DNA of 64,000 bases from Anaerolineaceae bacterium (GTDB lineage: Bacteria; Chloroflexota; Anaerolineae; Anaerolineales; UBA11657), in assembly GCA_003569365.1 (NCBI GenBank), contig BGOS01000020.1, positions 4,050-68,049 on the forward strand, given 5' to 3'. Of this stretch, positions 1 to 10,000 are shown in pieces (position 1 is the first letter of the stretch; every line of letters begins with the position of its first letter). The notes below the pieces were generated by a model that was not told where the DNA came from, made no database searches, and was given only the letters and a program-made list of their open reading frames with translations. Position numbers and translations under genes: made by a program.

Positions 1-1492
1 CGTTCACCGTGATCGTTTCGGACGTAAAGGCCACGTTCCCGGCCGCGTTCACTGCCCCATCCACTGTGATGGAGTCATTTCCGTCCCTGCCGTCTACTGC
101 CAAGTTTTCCACTGTCCCGTCAAAGCTCACCCGGTCGGCTCCGCCCGTTAGCACGCCTGCGCCCACGCGCAGCGTGTCATTCCCGCTGGTGCCCTCCAGC
201 ACCAGGCTGTCTGTTCCATTCGTGCCGCTGTCGCTTATAAACAACGAGCTCACAAATCCGCCGAGGCGGACCCGGTAGCTGTCGCTGCCGCCGCGCCCGT
301 CTAAGGTGACGTTGCGCGCGCTGCCCAGCAGGTTCACCACCAGCGAATCATCGCCCGTGGTGCCCTCCAGCAATATCTCGGCCACATTGGCCAAGTTGAT
401 CGCCGACGCAAAGAAAAAGTTGCGCAGGCGCACACTGCTGGCATTTGCCACGCTCACCACACCCGCCAGCCGCGAAGTGATGTTGTTGACCGAGCCCGCA
501 ACCGTGATGTTGCTCAGCCCGTCAATCGTCACATTCTCGGCATAGTCGCCGCCTTCCACATACACCGTGCTGTCATTGGGGTGGCCGTTGGCGGCCACAT
601 CATTCAGCGCTGCCTGGATCGGGGTGGCAGTGGCGGTGCAAGTGTTGGTGGCGTCCACTGTCTGCCCGGAGCAATCCGTCAGAAAGCGGTGCGTGATGGT
701 GCCGCGCGTGAAGTAGGGGTCCGGCACATAGGCCGGCGCGGCTGCGTTGGCAGAGGCGGTAGAAGCGGAGCGCTCAGCTGCGGCCTTCAAAGCAGCGGCC
801 TGGTCAGTGGCGGCGGCTGTGTCGGTCAGCGCCGGCATGGCCCCGGAGGGTGCCATCGCGGCTGCTGCAGGCAGCTGTGCAGTTTTGGAAACAGACAGGG
901 GTTGGGTTGCGGCCGGTTGGATGTTGGTGACAGGTACGGCCGCGTTCCCGGAAAGGGCGTTGGTAATTGGGGTGGAGATCGGATTCGTTATTGGGGCTGG
1001 AGCAATTGAGTTCGAAGTTGTGGAGCTGTCCGCGCTAATAGATGAAGAAACCGAAGGGCTGCTGGATGGTGAGCTCTCTTGCGCTGCCGGGCTGGCCACT
1101 GCCGCTGCCGGGCTTTCTTGCGCTGCCGGGCTGGCCACTGCCGCCGCCGGGCTCGCTTGCGCTGCCGGGCTGGCCACTGCCGCCGCCGGGCTGCTCACTG
1201 CTGCACTCACATCCACTGCCGGGCTGGCACTGCTCGCCGTGGCGCTCACGTCTACTGCGGGGCTGGCGCTGCTGGCTGCAACGCTCACATCCACCGCGGC
1301 CGCAGAGCTGCTTGCGGTTGCCTCTGCAACCTGCGCTCCAGCGGGCGTGTCGCCTTCGGCCAGTGCCACGCCAGTGCGACCAACCATCATGCCCGTTACC
1401 AGCGCAGCAACTGCGAGGAAACGCAAAAAGCCGAACGCAAAGCGATCGGTCTTTTTTGACTCGACGATTGATTCAGACACCGACGGGTTCAC
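1..1492 (-). CDS. Large secreted surface/adhesin-like protein, N-terminal part only (runs off the left edge)
   Basis: Not in the ORF track because it has no stop in the window. Manual translation: GTG start at 1492 with AGAGGAG RBS at 1504-1510; signal peptide MNPSVSESIVESKKTDRFAFGFLRFLAVAALVTGMMVGRTGVALA; Ala/Ser/Pro-rich 13-aa repeats; then IQAALND...VYVEGGDYAENVTI and RTX-like GTTGDDSL, GRGGSDSY, GTSGNDTL, GRDGNDSI motifs. The frame stays open to the window edge. Confidence 0.85.
   Translation of the reverse strand, partial: MNPSVSESIVESKKTDRFAFGFLRFLAVAALVTGMMVGRTGVALAEGDTPAGAQVAEATASSSAAAVDVSVAASSASPAVDVSATASSASPAVDVSAAVSSPAAAVASPAAQASPAAAVASPAAQESPAAAVASPAAQESSPSSSPSVSSSISADSSTTSNSIAPAPITNPISTPITNALSGNAAVPVTNIQPAATQPLSVSKTAQLPAAAAMAPSGAMPALTDTAAATDQAAALKAAAERSASTASANAAAPAYVPDPYFTRGTITHRFLTDCSGQTVDATNTCTATATPIQAALNDVAANGHPNDSTVYVEGGDYAENVTIDGLSNITVAGSVNNITSRLAGVVSVANASSVRLRNFFFASAINLANVAEILLEGTTGDDSLVVNLLGSARNVTLDGRGGSDSYRVRLGGFVSSLFISDSGTNGTDSLVLEGTSGNDTLRVGAGVLTGGADRVSFDGTVENLAVDGRDGNDSITVDGAVNAAGNVAFTSETITVN
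1075..1305 (-). repeat. 39-bp (13-aa) intragenic tandem repeats
   Basis: Encodes SPAAAVASPAAQ(A/E) x3 and AVDVSxxASSASP-like x3 in the stalk of the secreted protein. Confidence 0.8.
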
Positions 1493-2018
1493 CTGCCCGT
1501 AAGCTCCTCTTCTAACGAACTAAATTGTCAGAACGAAAAAAATTTGGTTTGTGTTTGCTGCGTTTTCATTTACAGCAACTGGTGTAACACTTTCGTTGTT
1601 TTGGTTAGGCCGCTTCGTTTGGGAAGTTCGTTCCGGCCGCCGCTCGTTTGTGTACCATGTTGCTGCTTGTTGATCACCACAACAAGCCACATCACCCCAT
1701 CACCGAGGTGTTTATAGCAAATTTAGGGGGTCAGAGTCAAGTGTTTCAACCAAATATTCTGGCCAATTTCCGGCTACGCCAGCAGTTGCAAACCAGCCCC
1801 GCAAAGGCCCGGGCTAGCCACAAATTTGCTGATTCGGGCGCTCGGCTGGAGCTTGAATGTCGCAGGACCGGAATACAGGCATAGTGACGCACCGGGTTGC
1901 ACGTGGAGCTTCGGTCTCCACAATATTTCCGCTCAGGGCTGCGCTGTATAACCACAAATCACACTGTTTGGCGGTCAGGCTGTGACACCAGTCGGGAAGA
2001 TGGTGATTTCCGAACGCG

Positions 2019-2899
2019 AATCTGCGCACAGAGGCGCGGAGTACAACCCGCCCGCGCTGCGGAATTTGGATGCCGCTTGGCGCGCACCAAGATCAATCTG
2101 CGCACAGTGCGCGCGGTACAACCCGCCAGTGCCCCGTTTTTTGTTGGCCGCGCTGCGGAATTTGGATGGCGCTTGGCGCGCACCAAGATCAATCTGCGCA
2201 CAGTGCGCGCGGTACAACCCGCAAGTGCCGCGTTTTTTGTCAGCCGCGCTGCGGATTTTGGATGGCGCTTGGCGCGCATCAAGATCAATCTGCGCACAGT
2301 GCGCGCGGTACAACCCGCAAGTGCCGCGTTTTTTGTCAGCCGCGCTGCTGAATTTGGATGGCGCTTGGCGCGCACCAAGATCAATCTGCGCACAGAGCGC
2401 GCGGTACAACCCGCAAGTGCCGCGTTTTTTGTCAGCCGCGCTGCGGAATTTGGATGGCGCTTGGCGCGCATCAAGATCAATCTGCGCACAGTGCGCGCGG
2501 TACAACCCGCAAGTGCCGCGTTTTTTGTCAGCCGCGCTGCTGAATTTGGATGGCGCTTGGCGCGCACCAAGATCAATCTGCGCACAGATCCGTGCGGTAC
2601 AACCCGCCCGTGCCGCGTTTTTTGTCAGCCGCGCTGCTGAATTTGGATGGCGCTTGGCGCGCACCAAGATCAATCTGCGCACAGTGCGCGCGGTACAACC
2701 CGCCCGTGCCGCGTTTTTTGTCAGCCGCGCTGCTGAATTTGGATGGCGCTTGGCGCGCACCAAGATCAATCTGCGCACAGTGCGCGCGGTACAACCCGCC
2801 CGTGCCGCGTTTTTTGTCAGCCGCGCTGCTGATTTTGGATGGCGCTTGGCGCGCACCAAAATCAATCTGCGCACAGAGGCGTGCGGTACAACCCGCCAG
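2019..2899. repeat. Intergenic tandem array of a 96-bp unit (about 9 copies)
   Basis: Unit CGCGCTGC(G/T)GA(A/T)TTTGGATGGCGCTTGGCGCGCA(C/T)CAAGATCAATCTGCGCACAGTGCGCGCGGTACAACCCGC(AA/CC/CA)GTGCCGCGTTTTTTGTCAGC starts at 2053, 2149, 2245, 2341, 2437, 2533, 2630, 2726, 2822. One copy is 97 bp, the last is partial, and a partial copy precedes 2053. No unique spacers. Confidence 0.95.
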
Positions 2900-2967
2900 C
2901 GCTGCGCTTGCACGGCACCGCGATTTTGTTTTCACGGGCGGCCTTGGCCTGCCCGGCGCTTTGCCGC

Positions 2968-5514
2968 TTACTGGCCCAGGTTCTTCAGCGCCGCCTGTCC
3001 CTTGGCAATCCACACCGGATCTTTCTCCAGTTCCACAAAGCGCCGGTAGTCTGCCACTGCCGCCGTCTTATTGCCGGTCGACTCAAAAACCAGGCCGCGA
3101 TTAAAGTACGGGCGCGCAAACGCCGGGTCAATTTGCAGGGCGCTGTCAAAGTCCGCGCGCGCCTTGTCCAGCTGCTTTAGCGCAATAAATGCGATGCCGC
3201 GGTTGTTGTAGGCGCTCGCAAATTTTGCGTCCAGCGCCAGGCCGGCGCTGAAGTCCGCAATCGCTTTTGCATAATCCTTCAGCGCCAGATAGGCCAGCCC
3301 GCGCTCCACCAGCGCCTGCGCAAACTTCGGGTTGAGCTTTAGCACGCCGTTCAAATCTGCAATTGCATCCTTGGATTGCTGCAGCTGGTTGTAGGCCGCA
3401 GCGCGGTTGTAGAGCGCCTCCAAAAATGTCGGCTCCAGCTTGAGCGCGCTGCTGTAGCGCTTGATGGCTTCTTGAAACTGGCCCGCATTGAACGCGGCGT
3501 TGCCCTGCGCCAGCAGTTTGCCCTGGGCCTTCAGTGCGCCAGCGGTGTCCAGCTCGCGCAGCCGGTCTTGCGCGCGCTGGCGCCAGGTGCTGTCGGTTTC
3601 CAGTTCCAAAAACTTGGTGAAGTCCGCGCCGGCCGCCGGCAGTTCGCCCAGTGCCTGCAGCGCCAGGCCGCGGTTGTAGTAGGCCTGGGTATACGCGGCG
3701 TTCAGCTTTACTGTGGCGTCAAAGTCTTTGCGCGCTGCGGCGTACTCGCCGGCCTGCATGCGCACAATGCCGCGGTTGTTGTAAGCCTCAATCAGCTGCG
3801 GGTCCAAACTAATTGCCTTGTCATAGTCTGCCAGGGCTGCGCTGCGCTGGCCGGCGCTGGCTTGCTCCACGCCGCGCCGCAAATACGCCAGCGCATTGCC
3901 GGGCAGCAGCGCCACCGCGCGCGCAAAGTCTGTTAGCGCGGCAGCGGACTGCTGCAGGTTGTGCTGCGCCTGGCCGCGGTCCAAATACAGCTGCCCGTCA
4001 TTGGGCGCCAGCTGCAGCGCTGCGTTCAGGTCTGCCAGCGCCAGTTTGTGGTCGCCCAGCTCGGTATGCGCCGCGGCGCGGTTTTGCAGCGCCAGCACAT
4101 ACTGCGGCTGCAGCGTTAGGGCGCTGTCATAATCCGCCACCGCAGCCGCAAAGTTGCGCTGCTGAAAGTGCACATGCCCGCGGTTGTTTAGCGCCGGCGC
4201 GCTTTGGGGATCCAGCTCCACCACGCGCGTGTAGTCTGCCAGCGCGGCCGGCAGGTCGCGCAGGCCGTCATGCATCAGGCCGCGGTTGTAGTAGCCGCTG
4301 GCTGCCTGCGGCTGCAGCTCTATCACGCGCGAGAAGTCGCGCAGCGCAGCGCCGTAGTCCTGCAGCGCGGCGTGCGTCAGGCCGCGCTCGGTCAGCAGCT
4401 CCACGGAGTCCGGGCTGCTTTGCAGCGCGGCCGCAGCCGCGGCCAGCGCCTCCGGCAGGCGCTGCAGGCCGCGCAGCGCCACCACCAGCGAGCGCTGCGC
4501 ACTGGGGTTGCCGGGCTGAATGCGCAGCGCACTGCGCAGCTGCTGCTCTGCTGCGGCGTACTCGCCGCGCTCAATATGCAGCAGCGCCAGATTGGTGCGT
4601 GCCTGCCAGAATTCGCCGTTGAGCTGCAGCGCATGCTGGTAGTCCGCCAGCGCGCGCGGCGCATCGCCGCTGCGCAGGTAGGCGCTGCCGCGGTCATTAA
4701 ACACCGCGGGGTTGTTGGGGTCCAGCAGCGCAGCCTGGGTGTAATCAGCAATCGCATCCGCCGGGCGCAGCAGCGCAATGAAGGCGGCGCCGCGGTTCTC
4801 GTACGCGGCTGCATTCTTGGGGTCGATTAATATTGCCTCGGAGAAGTCCGGCAGCGCGCGCTCCGGCTGCTGCAGTGCCATGCGCGTCAGGCCGCGGTCC
4901 ACAAAGCCGGCGCCAAACTGCGGCGCCATGATCACAGCGGTGTCAAAGTCCAGCAGCGCATCGCTATACTGCTTGAGGCCGTTGCGCGCCAGGCCGCGCC
5001 CGTAGTACGCCAGCAGCGTGTCCGGTTTTGCAGCCAGCGCACTGTTAAAGTCCGCAATCGCCAGCTGGTACTCGCCGCTTAGGCTGTGCGTTGAGCCGCG
5101 CTCAACCAGCAGCTCCACATTGTCCGGCGCCAGCAGCAGCGCGCTGTCAAAATCCGCCAGCGCTGCCGGCAGGCTGCCCAGCTGGCGCAGCAGCATCGCG
5201 CGCCGCGCCAGCGCTGCCAGCGCGCGCGGGTCCACTGCCAGTACATCGCCATAGCGCGCAATCGCGCGGTATAAGTCGCCTTGCCCGGCCAGCTTGTCTG
5301 CGCTGGCGAGCGCAGTGGCAGCCGGGGCGCGCAGTGTGGCAGTGCCCGCCGGCGCTGCGCCCGCGGGAGTTTGCCCGCCCAGCAGCGGCAAAAGCGTGCT
5401 TAGCAGCAGTGCCAAAACCAGCACACTGCCCAGCAGTGCGCCGAGCAGTGCCGGCACGCTGCGCCGCCAGTTCATGCGCACGCGGCGCGCCCGAATGTGT
5501 TGCAGCCATTGCAT
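2968..5514 (-). CDS. Tetratricopeptide repeat protein with N-terminal membrane anchor or signal
   Basis: 848-aa ORF with roughly 20 consecutive 34-aa TPR motifs (AYxNRG...A..D...A..L.P) and a hydrophobic N-terminal helix. Alternative start at MNWRR. Confidence 0.92.
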   Translation of the reverse strand: MQWLQHIRARRVRMNWRRSVPALLGALLGSVLVLALLLSTLLPLLGGQTPAGAAPAGTATLRAPAATALASADKLAGQGDLYRAIARYGDVLAVDPRALAALARRAMLLRQLGSLPAALADFDSALLLAPDNVELLVERGSTHSLSGEYQLAIADFNSALAAKPDTLLAYYGRGLARNGLKQYSDALLDFDTAVIMAPQFGAGFVDRGLTRMALQQPERALPDFSEAILIDPKNAAAYENRGAAFIALLRPADAIADYTQAALLDPNNPAVFNDRGSAYLRSGDAPRALADYQHALQLNGEFWQARTNLALLHIERGEYAAAEQQLRSALRIQPGNPSAQRSLVVALRGLQRLPEALAAAAAALQSSPDSVELLTERGLTHAALQDYGAALRDFSRVIELQPQAASGYYNRGLMHDGLRDLPAALADYTRVVELDPQSAPALNNRGHVHFQQRNFAAAVADYDSALTLQPQYVLALQNRAAAHTELGDHKLALADLNAALQLAPNDGQLYLDRGQAQHNLQQSAAALTDFARAVALLPGNALAYLRRGVEQASAGQRSAALADYDKAISLDPQLIEAYNNRGIVRMQAGEYAAARKDFDATVKLNAAYTQAYYNRGLALQALGELPAAGADFTKFLELETDSTWRQRAQDRLRELDTAGALKAQGKLLAQGNAAFNAGQFQEAIKRYSSALKLEPTFLEALYNRAAAYNQLQQSKDAIADLNGVLKLNPKFAQALVERGLAYLALKDYAKAIADFSAGLALDAKFASAYNNRGIAFIALKQLDKARADFDSALQIDPAFARPYFNRGLVFESTGNKTAAVADYRRFVELEKDPVWIAKGQAALKNLGQ

Positions 5515-5580
5515 GCGGTTGGTTTATACCATTGCGCGCTGCCCGGTTGCGCCAGCGCGGCCGCGCAGCCCATGGCAGCC

Positions 5581-5596
5581 TGTTTCACGGGAAACG
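5581..5596. promoter_or_regulatory. parS-like site
   Basis: TGTTTCACGGGAAACG versus consensus parS TGTTTCACGTGAAACA (2 mismatches); intergenic, about 35 kb from oriC. Confidence 0.7.
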
Positions 5597-5616
5597 CACA
5601 CCCACATGCCGCAAAC

Positions 5617-5645
5617 AAAAAACCCGCCGCAATCTGCGGCGGGTT
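5617..5645 (-). terminator. Rho-independent terminator of the FecR/RTX gene
   Basis: Stem AACCCGCCGC / GCGGCGGGTT followed by a T-run on the minus strand, about 40 bp after the stop at 5686. Confidence 0.8.
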
Positions 5646-5685
5646 CGGCACTTCACAGTGCGGCGCAGCGCCGGCGGGCTATTTA

Positions 5686-7018
5686 TTATTGGGAAAAACT
5701 CTCGTCACCGCCGGTGCCTTGATCCGTGACAGTGTCTTTATCAAAATCATCAACCGCTGCACCGGCAGTATATGTTCCGCCAATAAACACATCCCTACCC
5801 GCGCCGCCGGTTAATACATCGGCACCCAAGCCACCAATCAGTGTGTCATCGCCGGCACCGCCGTCGATTTTGTTCGCGTTTCCATCACCGGTGAGCGTGT
5901 CATTGCCGCTGCCACCGGTTATGCCTTCAGTGTTGCTGACAGTCTCTGTTCCGTAATTACCCATGTTTACAGAAAGGCTCAGGTCAAAAACCACCGGGCT
6001 AGTTTGGTCGGCGAAGGATATGGTGTCGGAGCCGGCACCACCATCAATTGTGTCGTTGCCGGAACCGCCCTGAAGTGTGTCGTCGCCCGCGCCGCCGGAT
6101 AGCGTGTCATTGCCGGCACCGCCGACAATTGTATTGGCGTTGCCATCGCCGACAAGTGTGTCATTCCCGCCACCACCCGTAATGTTTTCAATGGTGCTTA
6201 TGGTCTCGGTCGTGCTGCTGTCACCAGCAAAATAAACCTCTCCTTTAGATAAGTTGGCGTTGACCGAACCCGAATAAAAAGCATAGGTGATGGAGTCGGT
6301 ACCTACTCCACCGTCCACCATATCATAGCCCCAAGAGCCATCGAGAGTGTCATCGCCCGCGCCGCCGGATAGAGTGTCGTTGCCAGAGCCGCCGTTTAGC
6401 GTGTCATTGCCTGCAAGGCCGTAAATTGTGTCTGCGCCGGAGCCGCCGGTAATTGTGTCGGCTGCAGTACTGCCATAGATGGTGTTTTTGCAGGTGTCGT
6501 TGGTGAGATCCAGAGTATTGCCACCGGTAAAGGCGTAATACACAAAGCTGGCTGAATAGGTCCAGGACCAGTCTGCAGCGGAGAACACAATGTTGCGCGC
6601 GGCGGCGTTGCACGCAGTATTGATTGCAGTGGTGTTAGTGGCAAATGACCCCAGCGGCGCCGGCGTGGCGGTTGCAGTAGTTGTGGCAGTGGTGGTAGTG
6701 GCAAATGACCCCAGCGGCGCCGGCGTGGCGGTTGCAGTAGTTGTGGCAGTGGTAGTGCTGTATGTGCAGGACACAATGTAGTTGGCCGACGCGTTGTAAT
6801 TAGACGCCGCCGAATCCAGACAGCCGTAAATTACTGAGGTGGAGGTAGAGGTAGAGGTAGAGGTAGAGGTGGAGGTGGAGGTAGAGCTCGAGTCCGAATA
6901 TGCTCGCACTACATATTGCAACGGATTGTAATATGTTGAGACCGTGCTGCCAAAGCCCGCAGTGCCGGCAGCTGCTGTAGTGCCATAGCCCGTAGTGCCG
7001 GCAGCTGCTGTAGTGCCG
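5686..7018 (-). CDS. C-terminal part of giant surface protein: Ser/Thr linker, GCLDxxAxNYN motif, RTX Ca-binding repeats
   Basis: ORF 5686..6921 has many GGxGxDxL nonapeptides. Its frame extends upstream (GYGTTAAAGTAGFGSTVSTYYNPLQYVV...) and continues the repeats of the upstream ORF across a 1-nt deletion near 7019. Confidence 0.85.
6627..6757. repeat. 60-bp direct duplication (TTTATTTATATPAPLGSFA x2)
   Basis: Near-identical consecutive 60-bp blocks. Confidence 0.8.
6836..6886. repeat. (GAGGTR)n hexamer microsatellite encoding a (ST)n linker
   Basis: gaggtg/gaggta repeated about 8 times. Confidence 0.8.
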
Positions 7019-10000
7019 AGCCCGTAGTGCCGGCAGCTGCTGTAGTGCCGAAGCCCGTAGTGCCGGCAGCTGCTTTATCACCAAACCCACCCGTGTTACC
7101 AAACCCGCCCGTATTGCCAAACCCGCCGGTCTTGTCCAAGCCGCCCGTGCTGCCAAACCCGCCGGTATTGCCGAAGCCGCCACTGGTATCACCAAACCCA
7201 CCCGTGCTGCCGAAGCCGCCGGTATTGCCGAAGCCTGTAGTGCCGGCAGCTGCTGTATCACCAAACCCACCCGCGCTGCCGAAGCCGCCGGTATTGCCGA
7301 AGCCGCCACTGGTATCACCAAACCCACCCGTGCTGCCGAAGCCGCCCGTGTTACCAAACCCGCCGGTATTGCCGAAGCCGCCACTGGTGTTGCCGAAGCC
7401 ACCACTGGCATCACCAAACCCACCCGTGCTGCCGAAGCCGCCTGTGTTGCCGACGCCGGCGGTCCCACCGCCGCTGGTGGCATCGGAAGCACCACCCGCC
7501 ACGCTCTTGCCGCCAAACGGATCAAAGAACGCAGCCATCCCACCACCGCCGCCCGCATTCATGCTGGTTGTCAGCATGCTAAACATGCCCATGCCGGCAG
7601 TGCCAGCACCGTCCGCCCCCGGCGGGGCATTCATCATGCTGGCCGCCATCGTAAACATATTGGCGCCCGGTGCCGGCCCCATCATTGCCGATGGTGGCAG
7701 CACATAATCCTGCGGCAGCGCCATAAAGCTCATGCCCTCCGCCCCGCCCGTGGCTGCCAGGGCGCCCATCTTTGACCCGAAGTTTTCAAACTTGAAATCC
7801 ATCATCTGCGGGCCCGCACCGCCACCGGCTCCAAAACCCGTAGCCTCATAATTAAAAAAGCCCGCCGGCATTGCTGCCGTTGTGGGTGCAAAAAATGTCC
7901 CGCCGGCAGCATCTGTAAATGTGGGCATTGCAAACGATCCCATGCCCGGCGCACCGGCGTACTTGCCCATGTCTGCCATGTCCACCACGCCCACGCCCGG
8001 CACAAACATGCCGTCCATTGCAAAGTTCATGCGCGGCCCCGCGTCTCCCGCAAAGGTCATTGCCGGCCCCGCGCCAAAGCCGCCACCCGCACCAAAGCCG
8101 CCGAGCGCGCCCGCTGCCAGCCCGGTCAGGTCCATCGAGCCCAACTTCTCGCCGCTTGCAGTGTTGAACTGCATCGGGCCCTGCGCTGCGCCCGGCCCCA
8201 TGTTTGCCAGCATAAAACTTGCCGCCAGCTGGATTTGCCCCGCCTGCATGCCCGCTGCCTGCCCCAGCGCATCAAACATGATTGCCGGCGGCGGCAGCAT
8301 GCCCGCCCAGTTGCCCTTGGCATCAAACACCGGCTCGGCATACATCGCCAGCGTGCCGATGTTGCCGCTCGGATCCACCATCGCTATGCGTATCTCCGCC
8401 ACCGGCAACGCCAGCCCCATCTCAAAAAACTTGCTGTCAAATGCGGCCCCACGCCCAAGGAACTGCACGCCGCCCACGCTGCCGTCTTCGTTGCGCACCG
8501 CCTGCCCCATCATGAACTGGTCCGGCGTCTTCGCCACACCGCTGCTGTCCACCACTATCAGCCCGCCCAGCTTGTCCTTCGGCAGCGCGTTCGGGTCCGC
8601 CACCGTTTGCATCAGCGTTGCCACCGGCAATGCGTCAATCGCCTTCGCCAGCGTCTCCGCCGGCAGCACGCTCATCAAACTCGTCAGCCCGTTAAGCACA
8701 CTCAGGTTTGCTGCCGCGCCGCCCGCTGCCCCGCCCGCTGCGCCCGCTGCTGCAAAACTGTCGCCCAGCGCCTGCACCACGGACAGCAGCTTGTCCGGCG
8801 GGAACACGCCCGGCATCGCCACAATCGCCTCGGGTGCATTCGTGGCCCACGCGCCCGCATCCGCCACAGACATCTCGCCGGTTACCGCCGGCGCGCCGCC
8901 GCCCGGCGGTATGGCAGCCGCAAAGCCCGGCGCCACTTTGATCTCCACGCCGCCCGCCTTCAAGGTGCACGCGCCTTCCAAACATGTCTCTGTTGGCGTC
9001 GTCTCACCCGCTTTCATCTCCAGCCCAATCATCGAGCCGCGCACCGACGCCACGCCACCCGCCGTCTCGATCTCCAAACTCCCGCCGTTCAATACCGTCC
9101 ACACTTTGCCAAAATCCAGCTTCAGCAGCGTGTACGGATCCCCCGGGGCCTTGTCTTCAAATTTTGTCAAGCTGAACTGGCTGTCCGCCGAAAGCCGCAC
9201 CACCGTGCCTTCGCTCAGCTGCAGGCGCACGCCGCTGTCGGCGCTCGTCAGCACCTGAAAGCCGGGCTGCACCAGCTGCCCTTCTGTGGCGTCTGCCAGC
9301 GTGCGCGTTTGCACATTGCCCGCGGCATCGCTCTCGCCCGTTTGCACTTTGCCCTTCAGCTCGCACAGGCTCGCCGTGCGGTCCGTGGCATTTGCGCCCA
9401 CCGCCTTGCACTCCGCTACTTTAGGCTTCGGCCGCGGAAAGTACACCACGTCGCTCTGGTTCAACCCGATCTGGTTGCCGTCCGGCCCCACCAGCAGCGC
9501 CGGCGGCGGCTGCACGCCCAGCACGCTGCCGTCTTCGTTGCGCAGGAACGGATCGCTCACCATCCACTCGCGCGGCAGGCCGGCTGCATCCCACGTTATA
9601 AAGTTCACATCGCTCTGCCCGCTCAGGCTTCCGTCTTCCGCATACGCCATGCCCGGCAGGTCCGGCACTTGCAAAGCTGCGCCGCCCGCTGCGCTCATCA
9701 GCTCTTCGTCCAGCCCCAGGAAGCCCGCAAACGCGCCGCTGGCAAACAGCACAATGCTTGGCCGCATGGCCTGCAGGTTGGGGTCATAGGTAATCGGCGG
9801 CACCAGCGGCAGCTGCCGCAGCCCGCGCATGTCCGCCACCGTCAGCTGGTCCACTATGTCCAGCACCGCCAGCTGCCCGCCGCCCACGCCCACCGGCAAT
9901 CCGGTGTTTACATCCAGCATAAACAGCTGCCCGAAAGCCGGCGCTGCGATCGCTTGCAGCTGTTCGCGCGTCAGCGGCGTGCCATCCACGCTCTGCGGTG

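Noticed and set aside
747-1502. + strand Ala-rich ORF and other long antisense ORFs (e.g. 8235..10475, 14781..16601)
   Set aside because: Shadow ORFs opposite well-supported genes in high-GC DNA.
1785-1935. Partial resemblance to c-di-GMP riboswitches (GCAAACC...GCAAAG on +; GGAAA...GTGCAACC on -) and a hairpin at 1903-1921
   Set aside because: The class I-like bases are on the wrong strand and lack the GNRA stem. The class II-like bases lack the GCAC pseudoknot partner. An Rfam scan would settle it.
2019-2899. CRISPR array interpretation of the repeats
   Set aside because: Units are near-identical over their full 96 bp, with no unique spacers and no cas genes in the window.
1897-3104. ORFs in several frames across the repeat array
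   Set aside because: They follow from a mostly stop-free unit whose length is a multiple of 3. The frame changes at the 97-bp unit and I see no convincing RBS. Translation is not fully excluded.
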